This document shows positions 36,726-45,253 of a DNA stretch of 48,405 bases, in pieces. The DNA comes from Thiohalospira sp. (lineage in GTDB: Bacteria > Bacteroidota > Bacteroidia > Bacteroidales > UBA12077): contig JBKHIH010000018.1 of the NCBI GenBank assembly GCA_046538755.1, forward strand, positions 1-48,405, written 5' to 3'. The translations under genes were made by a program, and so were the position numbers. How positions within the stretch are numbered: position 1 is the stretch's first letter; each line of letters starts with the position of its first letter. The notes under the pieces are model-generated. The model made no database searches, was not told the DNA's origin, and worked only from the letters and a program-made list of their open reading frames with translations.

Positions 36726-38786
36726 ATGGGACATAAAAAGCATAATTCTAACCACGATTATTCAGATAAAGATGCTCATAATCATGATTCACACGATCAC
36801 GATGCAAACGGAAACGAGAATCACGATCATACAGAGCATCATAAAATGATGATTAAAGATTTCCGGAAAAGGTTCTGGATATCATTGATAATTACCATGC
36901 CTGTTCTGGTTATGTCGCCTATGATACAGAATGTATTAGGTTACGAAATTACCTTCGATTTTGCTGAATATGTTTTATTCGGATTATCTACCGCAGTTTT
37001 CTTTTATGGGGGCTGGCCATTTCTAACCGGACTGATTGATGAAATAAAAAAGAAACAACCCGGCATGATGACGCTTATTGCTGTGGCGATAACTGTTGCC
37101 TGGGGATACAGTTCGGCTACCACATTTGGAGTTGAAGGAAGTACTTTTTTTTGGGAGCTGGCAACACTGATCGATATAATGTTGTTGGGACACTGGATAG
37201 AAATGAAATCTGTAGTAAGTGCATCCGGATCATTGCAAAAACTTGTAGAATTAATGCCAACAGATGCAAGGATAATAAAAGATGGTGATACCAAAAAAGT
37301 AAAAATAGGCGAACTTAAAAAAGATGACCTTGTTTTAATTAAACCCGGCGAAAAAATTCCGGTTGATGGTATAATTTACGATGGCGAAAGCAGCATTAAC
37401 GAATCCATGGTTACCGGTGAATCCAAACCGGTTACAAAAACAAAGGATGATAAGGTAATTGGCGGCACCATTAACGGAAATAACACGCTAAAAGTGAAAG
37501 TGCAGCAAGTAGGCGAAGAAGCATATCTGAATAAGATCGTTACAATGGTGCGCGAAGCACAAAGCAGGAAATCAAAAACACAACATTTAGCCGATCGAAT
37601 TGCTTTTTGGTTAACGTTTATTGCATTAACCATAGGTTTTGGAACACTCACCACATGGTTAATTGTGGGTAAACCATTTGTGTTTGCTTTGGAGCGGATG
37701 GCCAGTGTAATGGTTATTACATGTCCGCATGCGTTGGGTTTAGCCGTTCCGCTGGTAGTGGCTATTTCTACTTCTATCTCTGCGCAGCATGGATTACTTA
37801 TCCGTAACCGTACCGCTTTCGAAAATTCACGAAAAATTACTGTATTTCTGTTTGATAAAACAGGAACACTAACTAAGGGAAACTTCGGTGTAACAAGGTA
37901 CGGGGCGCTGAACGATAACTATGATGATAAAGATATTTTACATTTGGCCGGAACAATTGAAGCGCATTCGGAACATCCTCTGGCAAACGGAATTATAGAC
38001 AAGGTAAAGAATGAGAATATAGAACTTGGCGAAGTAAAAAATTTTAATGCTATAAAGGGAAAGGGTGTTGAAGCCAAAGTGGATGGAAAAGATATAAAAG
38101 TAGTGAGCCCGGGATATTTGAAAGATAATGATATGGATATCCCAGAGGATATTGAAGAAGATCAGAAAGAAACCCTGGTATTTGTACTGGAAGATCAAAA
38201 ATTAGTTGGATTTGTGGCTATGGCCGATGAAATAAGAGAAGAATCATATGATGCCATTAAAACGCTTAAAGAAAATAATCTTAAGGTTTATATGATGACT
38301 GGAGATAATGAGAAGGTAGCCAAAAGTGTAAGCGAAGAACTTGGTTTGGATGGCTATTTTTCTGAAATTCTTCCCGATCAAAAAATGGAGAAAATAAAAG
38401 AGTTTAAAGATAAAAGCGAATTTGTTGCCATGACGGGCGATGGTATAAATGATGCACCTGCATTGGCTGAAGCCGATGTGGGTATTGCTGTTGGCTCAGG
38501 AACAGATGTAGCCGCTGAGACTGCTGATATTATTCTGGTAAATAGTAATCCTAAAGATATTTCCGGATTAATACTTTTTGGTAAAGAAACTTACAAAAAA
38601 ATGATTCAGAATTTTATTTGGGCAACAGGGTATAATGTTGTTGCCATTCCATTGGCAGCTGGTGTGTTGTTTAGTGCCGGAATATTAATTAACCCGGCAC
38701 TGGGAGCTATTCTGATGAGTATAAGTACTGTAATTGTTGCCCTAAACGCACAACTTTTAAAACGTAAATTAATTATTAATCATTAA
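36726..38786 (+). CDS. copB: CopB-type (P1B) copper-translocating P-type ATPase with a His-rich N-terminus
   Basis: His-rich N-terminal tail (HNSNHDYSDKDAHNHDSHDHD...). TM CPH motif (ITCPHALG). DKTGTLT phosphorylation site. Also HP, GDGINDAP and MTGD. Confidence 0.85.
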   Translation: MGHKKHNSNHDYSDKDAHNHDSHDHDANGNENHDHTEHHKMMIKDFRKRFWISLIITMPVLVMSPMIQNVLGYEITFDFAEYVLFGLSTAVFFYGGWPFLTGLIDEIKKKQPGMMTLIAVAITVAWGYSSATTFGVEGSTFFWELATLIDIMLLGHWIEMKSVVSASGSLQKLVELMPTDARIIKDGDTKKVKIGELKKDDLVLIKPGEKIPVDGIIYDGESSINESMVTGESKPVTKTKDDKVIGGTINGNNTLKVKVQQVGEEAYLNKIVTMVREAQSRKSKTQHLADRIAFWLTFIALTIGFGTLTTWLIVGKPFVFALERMASVMVITCPHALGLAVPLVVAISTSISAQHGLLIRNRTAFENSRKITVFLFDKTGTLTKGNFGVTRYGALNDNYDDKDILHLAGTIEAHSEHPLANGIIDKVKNENIELGEVKNFNAIKGKGVEAKVDGKDIKVVSPGYLKDNDMDIPEDIEEDQKETLVFVLEDQKLVGFVAMADEIREESYDAIKTLKENNLKVYMMTGDNEKVAKSVSEELGLDGYFSEILPDQKMEKIKEFKDKSEFVAMTGDGINDAPALAEADVGIAVGSGTDVAAETADIILVNSNPKDISGLILFGKETYKKMIQNFIWATGYNVVAIPLAAGVLFSAGILINPALGAILMSISTVIVALNAQLLKRKLIINH

Positions 38787-38806
38787 ATCATTAAATATTA
38801 CATATT

Positions 38807-39052
38807 ATGGAAATTACAATTGTAGCAACAAGATCATGCAACTTCAGGCCTATTTTAGAACAGGAATTAAAAGATGTTGGCCTCGAATATAAAGTGTTAT
38901 TCTACGAAGATCATCCTGAAATAATTGAAAAGTATAACATCAAAACTTCACCTATTTTAATATGCGATGGAGAACTGGTTTCTGAAGGAATGCCTGAACA
39001 TGCCAAAATTCTGGAGTTATGTGAACGGTTTAAAACAAAAGGAAGTAATTAG
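38807..39052 (+). CDS. Small thioredoxin-fold protein (Thioredoxin_3/glutaredoxin-like) with no canonical CxxC
   Basis: 81 aa, with a beta-alpha-beta pattern and a PILICDGELV segment typical of small thioredoxin-fold proteins. It lies 20 bp downstream of copB. Confidence 0.4.
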   Translation: MEITIVATRSCNFRPILEQELKDVGLEYKVLFYEDHPEIIEKYNIKTSPILICDGELVSEGMPEHAKILELCERFKTKGSN

Positions 39053-39091
39053 GCTGTAAGAAAATTTTAACAAATTAAATATTAATGAATT

Positions 39092-39865
39092 ATGGGATCA
39101 TTAATTAGTCTTGTCATTATTTTGGTTTTGTCAGTGCTAATTACAAAGATAGCCTCAGAATCTCTTATTCATACGGGGTTATCAAAAGAAATGGCAAGTT
39201 TTCAGGCTCGTTCTGCTTTTACGGGTGTGGGTTTTACTACAAGCGAATCAGAGAGTATTGCTAATCATCCTGTTCGTAGAAAAATTATCATGGCGCTTAT
39301 GTTAATTGGTAACATAGGAATTATTTCAGCACTGGCTTCATTAATGCTCACATTTGTTAATATTAGTGATAATAAAACCGCAAATATTATACGAGTTTCC
39401 ATTATAGCCGGGAGTTTAATTAGTTTATGGTTATTATCAAAAAGTAAGTGGCTAGAGCAGCTATTAGCCAAAATGATAAAAATAGCACTTAAAAAGTTTA
39501 CAAATCTGAATATTAAAGATTATGTAGAAATTTTGAATCTTAAAAATGAGTATGAAATTTCAGTAATTAATGTTAATTCTGATGACTGGATGGCCAATAA
39601 AAGGATAAAAAATATAAACTTGAGAAAAGAAGGTGTCAATCTGATTGGTATACAAAGGGAGGATGGTACTTACATCGGGACTCCATATGGTGATACCAAA
39701 ATTACCGAAGATGACCAGCTTATTTTGTATGGAAGAAAGAAAAATCTTAAAAACCTTGAAAAACGTAAGCAAGATGCTTCCGGTGATCGCGACCACCAGG
39801 AGGCTATGAAAGAACAGGACGAGGAAAAGAAAAAACAAAAAGAAAAAGACACGAAGTCAAAATAA
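39092..39865 (+). CDS. Membrane protein with a pore-loop-like segment and a C-terminal TrkA-C (RCK_C) domain, plus a highly charged tail
   Basis: Two or three N-terminal TM helices. A TGVGF segment resembles a channel pore loop. The TrkA-C pattern is ...GVNLIGIQREDGTYIGTPYGDTKITEDDQLILYG. The C-terminus is Lys/Glu/Asp-rich. Confidence 0.55.
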   Translation: MGSLISLVIILVLSVLITKIASESLIHTGLSKEMASFQARSAFTGVGFTTSESESIANHPVRRKIIMALMLIGNIGIISALASLMLTFVNISDNKTANIIRVSIIAGSLISLWLLSKSKWLEQLLAKMIKIALKKFTNLNIKDYVEILNLKNEYEISVINVNSDDWMANKRIKNINLRKEGVNLIGIQREDGTYIGTPYGDTKITEDDQLILYGRKKNLKNLEKRKQDASGDRDHQEAMKEQDEEKKKQKEKDTKSK

Positions 39866-39866
39866 T

Positions 39867-40553
39867 TTACAGATAATATTTATTTTTGGTTTCCAGATTT
39901 TTGTTTAGTTCATAAATTAAGGATTTGCCGGTTGGTATTTCTACCGAGCTAATCTCATCGTCAGACACTTTATCTAAATGCTTTATCAGGGCTCTTAAAC
40001 TATTGCCATGGGCCGAAATAATAATCCGTTTGCCGTTCTTTATTTCCGGAATTATATTGTTCTTCCAATAAGGAACAAACCTTTTGTATGTATCTTCAAG
40101 GCTTTCTCCTAATGGTAGTTCATCGTCATTTAAACTGCTATACATTCTTTGATTACCCGGAAAACGCTTGTCATTCTTTTCTAAAAGGGGCGGTTTGGTC
40201 GAATATCCTCGTCTCCACTCATGAACCTGATCTTTCCCGTGTTTATCGGCCATTTCTTTTTTGTTTAATCCCTGCAACGCACCATAATGCCTTTCGTTAA
40301 GCCTCCAGCTTTTTTCCCACGGAATCCACAGCTCATTAAGAATATCGGCTACCAGCCAAAGTGTATGTAAGGCTCTTCTCAGATAAGAGGTGAAGGCCAG
40401 ATCAAATTTAAAATCGTTTTCTTTAAGCTTTTGGCCGGCTTGTATAGCTTCCTGTATTCCGTTTTTTGAGAGAGGAACATCAGTCCAGCCTGTAAAGAGA
40501 TTCTCTTTGTTCCACTTACTTTCTCCGTGTCTTATCAATGTTATTTTGTACAT
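39867..40553 (-). CDS. gpmA: 2,3-bisphosphoglycerate-dependent phosphoglycerate mutase
   Basis: LIRHGESKWNKENLFTGW and RRALHT motifs, with a length typical of GpmA. Confidence 0.85.
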   Translation of the reverse strand: MYKITLIRHGESKWNKENLFTGWTDVPLSKNGIQEAIQAGQKLKENDFKFDLAFTSYLRRALHTLWLVADILNELWIPWEKSWRLNERHYGALQGLNKKEMADKHGKDQVHEWRRGYSTKPPLLEKNDKRFPGNQRMYSSLNDDELPLGESLEDTYKRFVPYWKNNIIPEIKNGKRIIISAHGNSLRALIKHLDKVSDDEISSVEIPTGKSLIYELNKNLETKNKYYL

Positions 40554-40567
40554 AATTTTGAGTTTTT

Positions 40568-40975
40568 TTATCGATTGTATGAATGTTTTTTTTGAATACT
40601 TCCGCTTTTGCGATAAATGATGAGATTTGTACTGTTTTTCTTCGCTATCTCCTTTGCTTTTTCAACAGCTTCAGCTTTGGCATCAAAAATAAAACTTGAC
40701 TTGTCGGCTTCTTCATATTTTATAGCCCACTGATCGTCTTTAGGCAGTACATAGAGGTCTTTGCCATGTTCCTTTCGATCTGTTTTTGTTTTCGAAATAT
40801 TTTTGCCCCGGTTGTTTGCCCAGTCTCTTGCCCTGCTAATAGCTGTTGGTATGGCAAAGCTTTCATTTAGCTTATCTTCGTAAAGTAGGGCATTTAAAAT
40901 TTCAATAGCTTTTTCTTTTACATCCTCATCAAGATTTTTCATTGTATTCGGGTAATTATCTTTTGTGTAAGGCAT
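40568..40975 (-). CDS. DUF2188-like small stress-associated protein
   Basis: C-terminal DQWAIKYEEADKSSFIFDAKAEAVEKAKEIAKKNSTNLIIYRKSGSIQKK matches the DUF2188 pattern. Confidence 0.5.
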   Translation of the reverse strand: MPYTKDNYPNTMKNLDEDVKEKAIEILNALLYEDKLNESFAIPTAISRARDWANNRGKNISKTKTDRKEHGKDLYVLPKDDQWAIKYEEADKSSFIFDAKAEAVEKAKEIAKKNSTNLIIYRKSGSIQKKHSYNR

Positions 40976-41152
40976 AATAATTTTATTTTTAAAGTGATTG
41001 TTTCCAATATTTTATAAACGATTGTAAAAAAATCATTCCAAATTAAAATAAAAACAAAATGAGTGTGATAATCAGATATGTATATTTTGATAAGAATTGA
41101 ATTGTGGAATTATTACCCGGTTTTGCAATTATATTTCATTGGAATATATTTT

Positions 41153-41291
41153 TGTTAAACATATGTTTTCTGCGATTTACTAATTCAAATTACAATAATC
41201 TTTTTTGTTGCCGGTGTCTCCCGCTTAAGCTTTCCACAAATCCCTCCGGCGAACCTTCATGCAATAACCTTCTAACAAGTTATTTTTTATT
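41153..41291 (-). repeat. Copy B of the conserved intergenic element, in inverted orientation relative to copy A
   Basis: Its reverse complement aligns to 27904-28077 at ~92% identity with one 34-bp indel. It has the same polarity relative to the downstream minus-strand gene (40975..40568) that copy A has to the downstream pfkB genes. Confidence 0.8.
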
Positions 41292-41497
41292 GCCTTCGGC
41301 GAGCTCGTAAACTCGGTTCATGTCCTTTTGAGTTTGTGCCGGTTTAATTTTTTATCCTTAAGCATGAAGGTTTCATAAGAATTTGATAATGCAGTTAGCA
41401 ATTTGTCTGAACAAAATATAAAAGATGGTGTCTGTAATAATGTAAACCTTTCAATAAACCAATCAAATAATTTCAGTATCATTTAAAAAATAATAAG

Positions 41498-43123
41498 ATG
41501 ACATCTTTTAAAAATAAACTAAACATACTTTACGGAAGCAGAACAGGTAATTCAAAAGCAGTAGCTCTTTTAGCAACCGAATATGCCAAACATCTGGGTA
41601 TTGATTGCGACAGCGAAAGTATGGATAAGTTTGATTTTAAGAAATTAAAAGAAATTAAGAATCTGATTGTTGCTGTAAGCACACATGGCGAAGGAGAACC
41701 TCCTGTTCCTGCTGAAGATTTTCATGCGTTTGTTCATAGCAATAATGCGCCTGAAATGAAAGATACGCTTTTTGCTGTTTTGGGATTAGGTGACAGCAGC
41801 TACCGTTATTTTGCTCAAACTGGTGTTGACTTTGACCTTCAGTTTGAAAAACTGGGTGCCAAACGTTTGCTTGCTGTGGAAAAATGTGATATCGATTTTG
41901 AAGAAAAATCAAAAAAATGGGTTAGAAAAACCGTTGATGCTTTTGCAACAATGATTCCTAAACAAAAGCAGCCCGAAAATAAAAATTTTATATTTGAACT
42001 CAAACTCGATGATGCTTTGCAGTTAAATGCTTACAGAGCTAAATTGTTAAATAAAGAATTACTGAATGGCAAAAAGGCATCTCATCCTACAATGAATGTT
42101 ACTTTTTCATTAAAGGATTCAGGAATTGATTTTCATCCTGGCGACCTGGTTGGTATTTATGCATCCAATTCAAGGTTACTTGTTGATCAGCTGATAAGAA
42201 AAATGAATCTTGACCCAACGATGCTGGTTGGGAAAGAAGAAAATAAAAAAATGCTAAAAGTTACCCTGATCAATGATTATGAGTTGACTGTAATTACGCC
42301 GGTTGTGCTGGGAAAGTATGCAGCCCTTGTAAAGAATAAAAAGCTTGATGAATTAATAAAAGATGAGGTAAAGGTTAATCAATACATCGAAAAAAGCGAT
42401 GTATTAGATATGGTTTCAGATTTTCCGGGAGACTTTAAGCTGAATGATTTTTTACAAACACTGCGAAAACTAACTCCGCGTTTATATTCGGCTGCATCAT
42501 ATATGCCCGGTGGGCAGGAAAAAGTAGATTTAACCATTCGTATTATAAACAGCAAACAAAATAAAAGGGAGCATTTGGGGGTTTGTTCGTCCTACATATG
42601 GAACCGGATGGAAACTGGTGAAACAGCACCTGTTTTTATTGAAAAGAATGCTCGTTTCAGGCTTCCTAAAGATCTAAACGCTTCTGTAGTTATGATTGCT
42701 GCGGGTACAGGAGTTGCGCCTTTCCGGTCGTTTCTTCATTATCGTAATGCGCATCAGGCAAAAGGAAAAAACTGGTTGTTTTTTGGAGAACGTAACAGCG
42801 AAACCGATTTCTTTTATGAGGATGAGTTAATGAATTATCAGAAAAAGGGGTTGCTTACTGAACTTGATACGGCATTTTCACGTGATAGTGAACAGAAACA
42901 TTATATCTATCATCGGTTATTGGAAAAAGGAACTGATGTGTACAACTGGATTAATAATGGAGCTTTTATCTATATTTGTGGAAATAAAAGAACAATGGCA
43001 AACGACGTGAGAAATGCATTAGAAGAAATTATTCGTATCAATGGAAGGTTAACCAAAAAACAAACTCAGGAATTTATAAAAACCTTAAGAAAAGAAAAAC
43101 GATTGCAGGAAGATATATACTAA
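41498..43123 (+). CDS. Diflavin oxidoreductase (CysJ-like sulfite-reductase flavoprotein / flavodoxin fused to FNR)
   Basis: Flavodoxin N-domain (ILYGSRTGNSK). FAD/NADPH-binding FNR-like C-domain (RLYSAASY, GTGVAPFRSF, YICG). Confidence 0.75.
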   Translation: MTSFKNKLNILYGSRTGNSKAVALLATEYAKHLGIDCDSESMDKFDFKKLKEIKNLIVAVSTHGEGEPPVPAEDFHAFVHSNNAPEMKDTLFAVLGLGDSSYRYFAQTGVDFDLQFEKLGAKRLLAVEKCDIDFEEKSKKWVRKTVDAFATMIPKQKQPENKNFIFELKLDDALQLNAYRAKLLNKELLNGKKASHPTMNVTFSLKDSGIDFHPGDLVGIYASNSRLLVDQLIRKMNLDPTMLVGKEENKKMLKVTLINDYELTVITPVVLGKYAALVKNKKLDELIKDEVKVNQYIEKSDVLDMVSDFPGDFKLNDFLQTLRKLTPRLYSAASYMPGGQEKVDLTIRIINSKQNKREHLGVCSSYIWNRMETGETAPVFIEKNARFRLPKDLNASVVMIAAGTGVAPFRSFLHYRNAHQAKGKNWLFFGERNSETDFFYEDELMNYQKKGLLTELDTAFSRDSEQKHYIYHRLLEKGTDVYNWINNGAFIYICGNKRTMANDVRNALEEIIRINGRLTKKQTQEFIKTLRKEKRLQEDIY

Positions 43124-43142
43124 TTTAAAGAGTAAAAAGAAT

Positions 43143-43180
43143 AAAAGAGAGGATATTCCAAACTGGAATCCTCTCTTTTT
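43143..43180. terminator. Bidirectional rho-independent terminator between convergent genes
   Basis: Hairpin AAAAGAGAGGATATTCC-aaact-GGAATCCTCTCTTTTT flanked by an A-run and a T-run. Confidence 0.65.
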
Positions 43181-43203
43181 AATTAAAAAATGGGACCAAT
43201 ATA

Positions 43204-44484
43204 TTATGCTGATTTTAACTTCATTTTAATTGGTTCTAGTTGATCAAACCAGGTAGCTTTCTCATCATAGTTCACTAAAAAAGGCTTAAAGGTTTTAGTA
43301 TAATCCCGGTTTCTAACAAACTGTAAGATAAAATATTTTTCCTGGTCAATAGGATTTTCAGTTACGCCCATAATTTGAACCTTGCCAGGTGCAGCCGACA
43401 TCACCGGAGCAGTAACTGTTTTGGCCATACTTCCTGCTTTACGGATAGCTTCCGAATACAATTCATATACCCTGGCAAGAGGTATCTGAAAATATTCAAA
43501 TGGCCCTGTTTCCCGCTCAACAAACATGTAATATGGTACCATTCCTAATTTCACCTGTCTGCTCCACATGCTGGCCCACATATCACTATCGTCGTTTATG
43601 TGGCGTAAAATAGGAGCCTGTGTTCTGATTTGAGCTCCTGTCGATCGGATATTCTTTATGGCTTGTTCTACTACAGAGTTGTTCATTTCGTTAATATGGT
43701 TAAAGTGTGCCATAATGGATAAATGAAAACCATTATCGACAATGCGTTTAAATAAATCAAGCATTTCTTGTGCTTCTTCGTTAAACTCAGGCAAATAGGT
43801 AAATGGCCAGTAGGTTAGCGATTTGGTTCCAAAACGTATGGTATCCAGATTTGGAATTTTAGCATCTATGATCGTGTCGATATATTTTGATATGGTTTGC
43901 GGACTCATGATCATTGGGTCACCACCCGTAAATAATACTTCATGTATATGTTCATTTTCTTTGATATAATCGCACAATTGATCTATTTCTTTCATTGAAA
44001 ATTGCAAATCTAAATCTTTCACAAACTGTGGCCATCTGAAGCAGAAAGTACAGTTAGCATGGCAAGTTTGCCCCTGGGTTGGGAAAAATAAAGCAATATC
44101 GCGGTACTTATGCTGTACTCCGGGTAAATCTTCTCCATTAAGTTTGGGAACATTCGTAGATTGTTGCGCAGGATGAGGATTTAATTGAAATCTGATTTTA
44201 TTGATAAGCCTTGTAATCTCAATTTCAGGTAACTCTCGCTCAATAGCATCTTTAACTGCTTCATAATGTCTTTCCGGAAGCATGTGCTTGTTCGGAAATG
44301 TAAGAATATAAACAGGGTCGGTTTCATAGTTTTCCCAGTCAATTAAATAGTCTACTACATAATTATTGGTTTTAAAGGGTAGTACGCTTGATACTATTTC
44401 AATCTCTTGTTTTACACTTTCAGGTAGGTATTTCATATATTCTATCGTACGGAAATTTTTAATATTATAAGATATTAGTTTCAT
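43204..44484 (-). CDS. KamA-family radical SAM aminomutase-like protein
   Basis: CxxxCxxC cluster motif (CHANCTFCFR). KamA-family landmarks (VLFTGGDPMIM, IRFGTK). Confidence 0.7.
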   Translation of the reverse strand: MKLISYNIKNFRTIEYMKYLPESVKQEIEIVSSVLPFKTNNYVVDYLIDWENYETDPVYILTFPNKHMLPERHYEAVKDAIERELPEIEITRLINKIRFQLNPHPAQQSTNVPKLNGEDLPGVQHKYRDIALFFPTQGQTCHANCTFCFRWPQFVKDLDLQFSMKEIDQLCDYIKENEHIHEVLFTGGDPMIMSPQTISKYIDTIIDAKIPNLDTIRFGTKSLTYWPFTYLPEFNEEAQEMLDLFKRIVDNGFHLSIMAHFNHINEMNNSVVEQAIKNIRSTGAQIRTQAPILRHINDDSDMWASMWSRQVKLGMVPYYMFVERETGPFEYFQIPLARVYELYSEAIRKAGSMAKTVTAPVMSAAPGKVQIMGVTENPIDQEKYFILQFVRNRDYTKTFKPFLVNYDEKATWFDQLEPIKMKLKSA

Positions 44485-44908
44485 AACAATTAGATTTTAA
44501 ATGATTAATTTAAATGATTTTACTATGCGAGCTAAAGCAAAAAGTAGGATTTTGGCAAATAAAACGCCTTAAATTTATTTAGACTTGATAAAGATAGTGA
44601 AAATATTTTAAAAAGTAAAGAAATTCTTAATACTGTTTGTTAATTGCTTAATAAACAGTTGAGTATTATTAGTTCATAAAATAATTTTAAAAATATTAGC
44701 TAGAAGTCTTTTATTTTCTGATCAATAATGGGGAATTATTACCCAAAATTTCCTTCAAATTCAACAAATCTTCGTTTTATATGTTCTTCATTTGAAAGTA
44801 TGCGGAAGTTATAAATCACAAAATCTGGATGTTAAGTTTTTGTAAATGAAGTTGGAATCCTTTTTTGGTATAGGAATTGCTTTTTTATAATAAAAAAACA
44901 TAAGAATT

Positions 44909-45223
44909 ATGAAAACAATAAAAAGAGATGAATTAAAAGAAAAATTAGACAATAATGAAGTTAAACTTGTTGAGGTTTTAAGTGAAGAAGATTATAACAA
45001 AGAGCATATTAAGGGTGCCATAAACATCCCTTTAGAAAGAATTGGAACGGAGGCAAAAGACAAATTTGACAAAGATGATCAAATTGTTGTTTATTGTTCC
45101 AATTTTGATTGTTCTGCCAGTCCTGCTGCAGCTAAAAAACTCGATAACCTGGGATTTAAAAATGTATTTGATTATCAGGGCGGGAAAAAAGACTGGAAGG
45201 ATGCCGGACTACCCATGGAATAA
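44909..45223 (+). CDS. Single-domain rhodanese-like sulfurtransferase
   Basis: About 104 aa with an active-site-loop Cys (VVYCSNFDCS). Confidence 0.7.
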   Translation: MKTIKRDELKEKLDNNEVKLVEVLSEEDYNKEHIKGAINIPLERIGTEAKDKFDKDDQIVVYCSNFDCSASPAAAKKLDNLGFKNVFDYQGGKKDWKDAGLPME

Positions 45224-45253
45224 AATGTTGAAAATAAATTAAAACAGACGATA

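Noticed and set aside
44620-44660. Imperfect palindrome AATACTGTTTG…AAACAGTTGAGTATT in the KamA/rhodanese intergenic region
   Set aside because: The stem is interrupted and it matches no known operator. It could be chance in an AT-rich spacer, so it is kept only as a low-value note.
45042-45242. 66-aa ORF overlapping the 3' half of the rhodanese gene in another frame
   Set aside because: The rhodanese frame has the conserved active-site Cys loop and full-length similarity. The overlapping frame gives a low-complexity hydrophobic peptide and is likely spurious.
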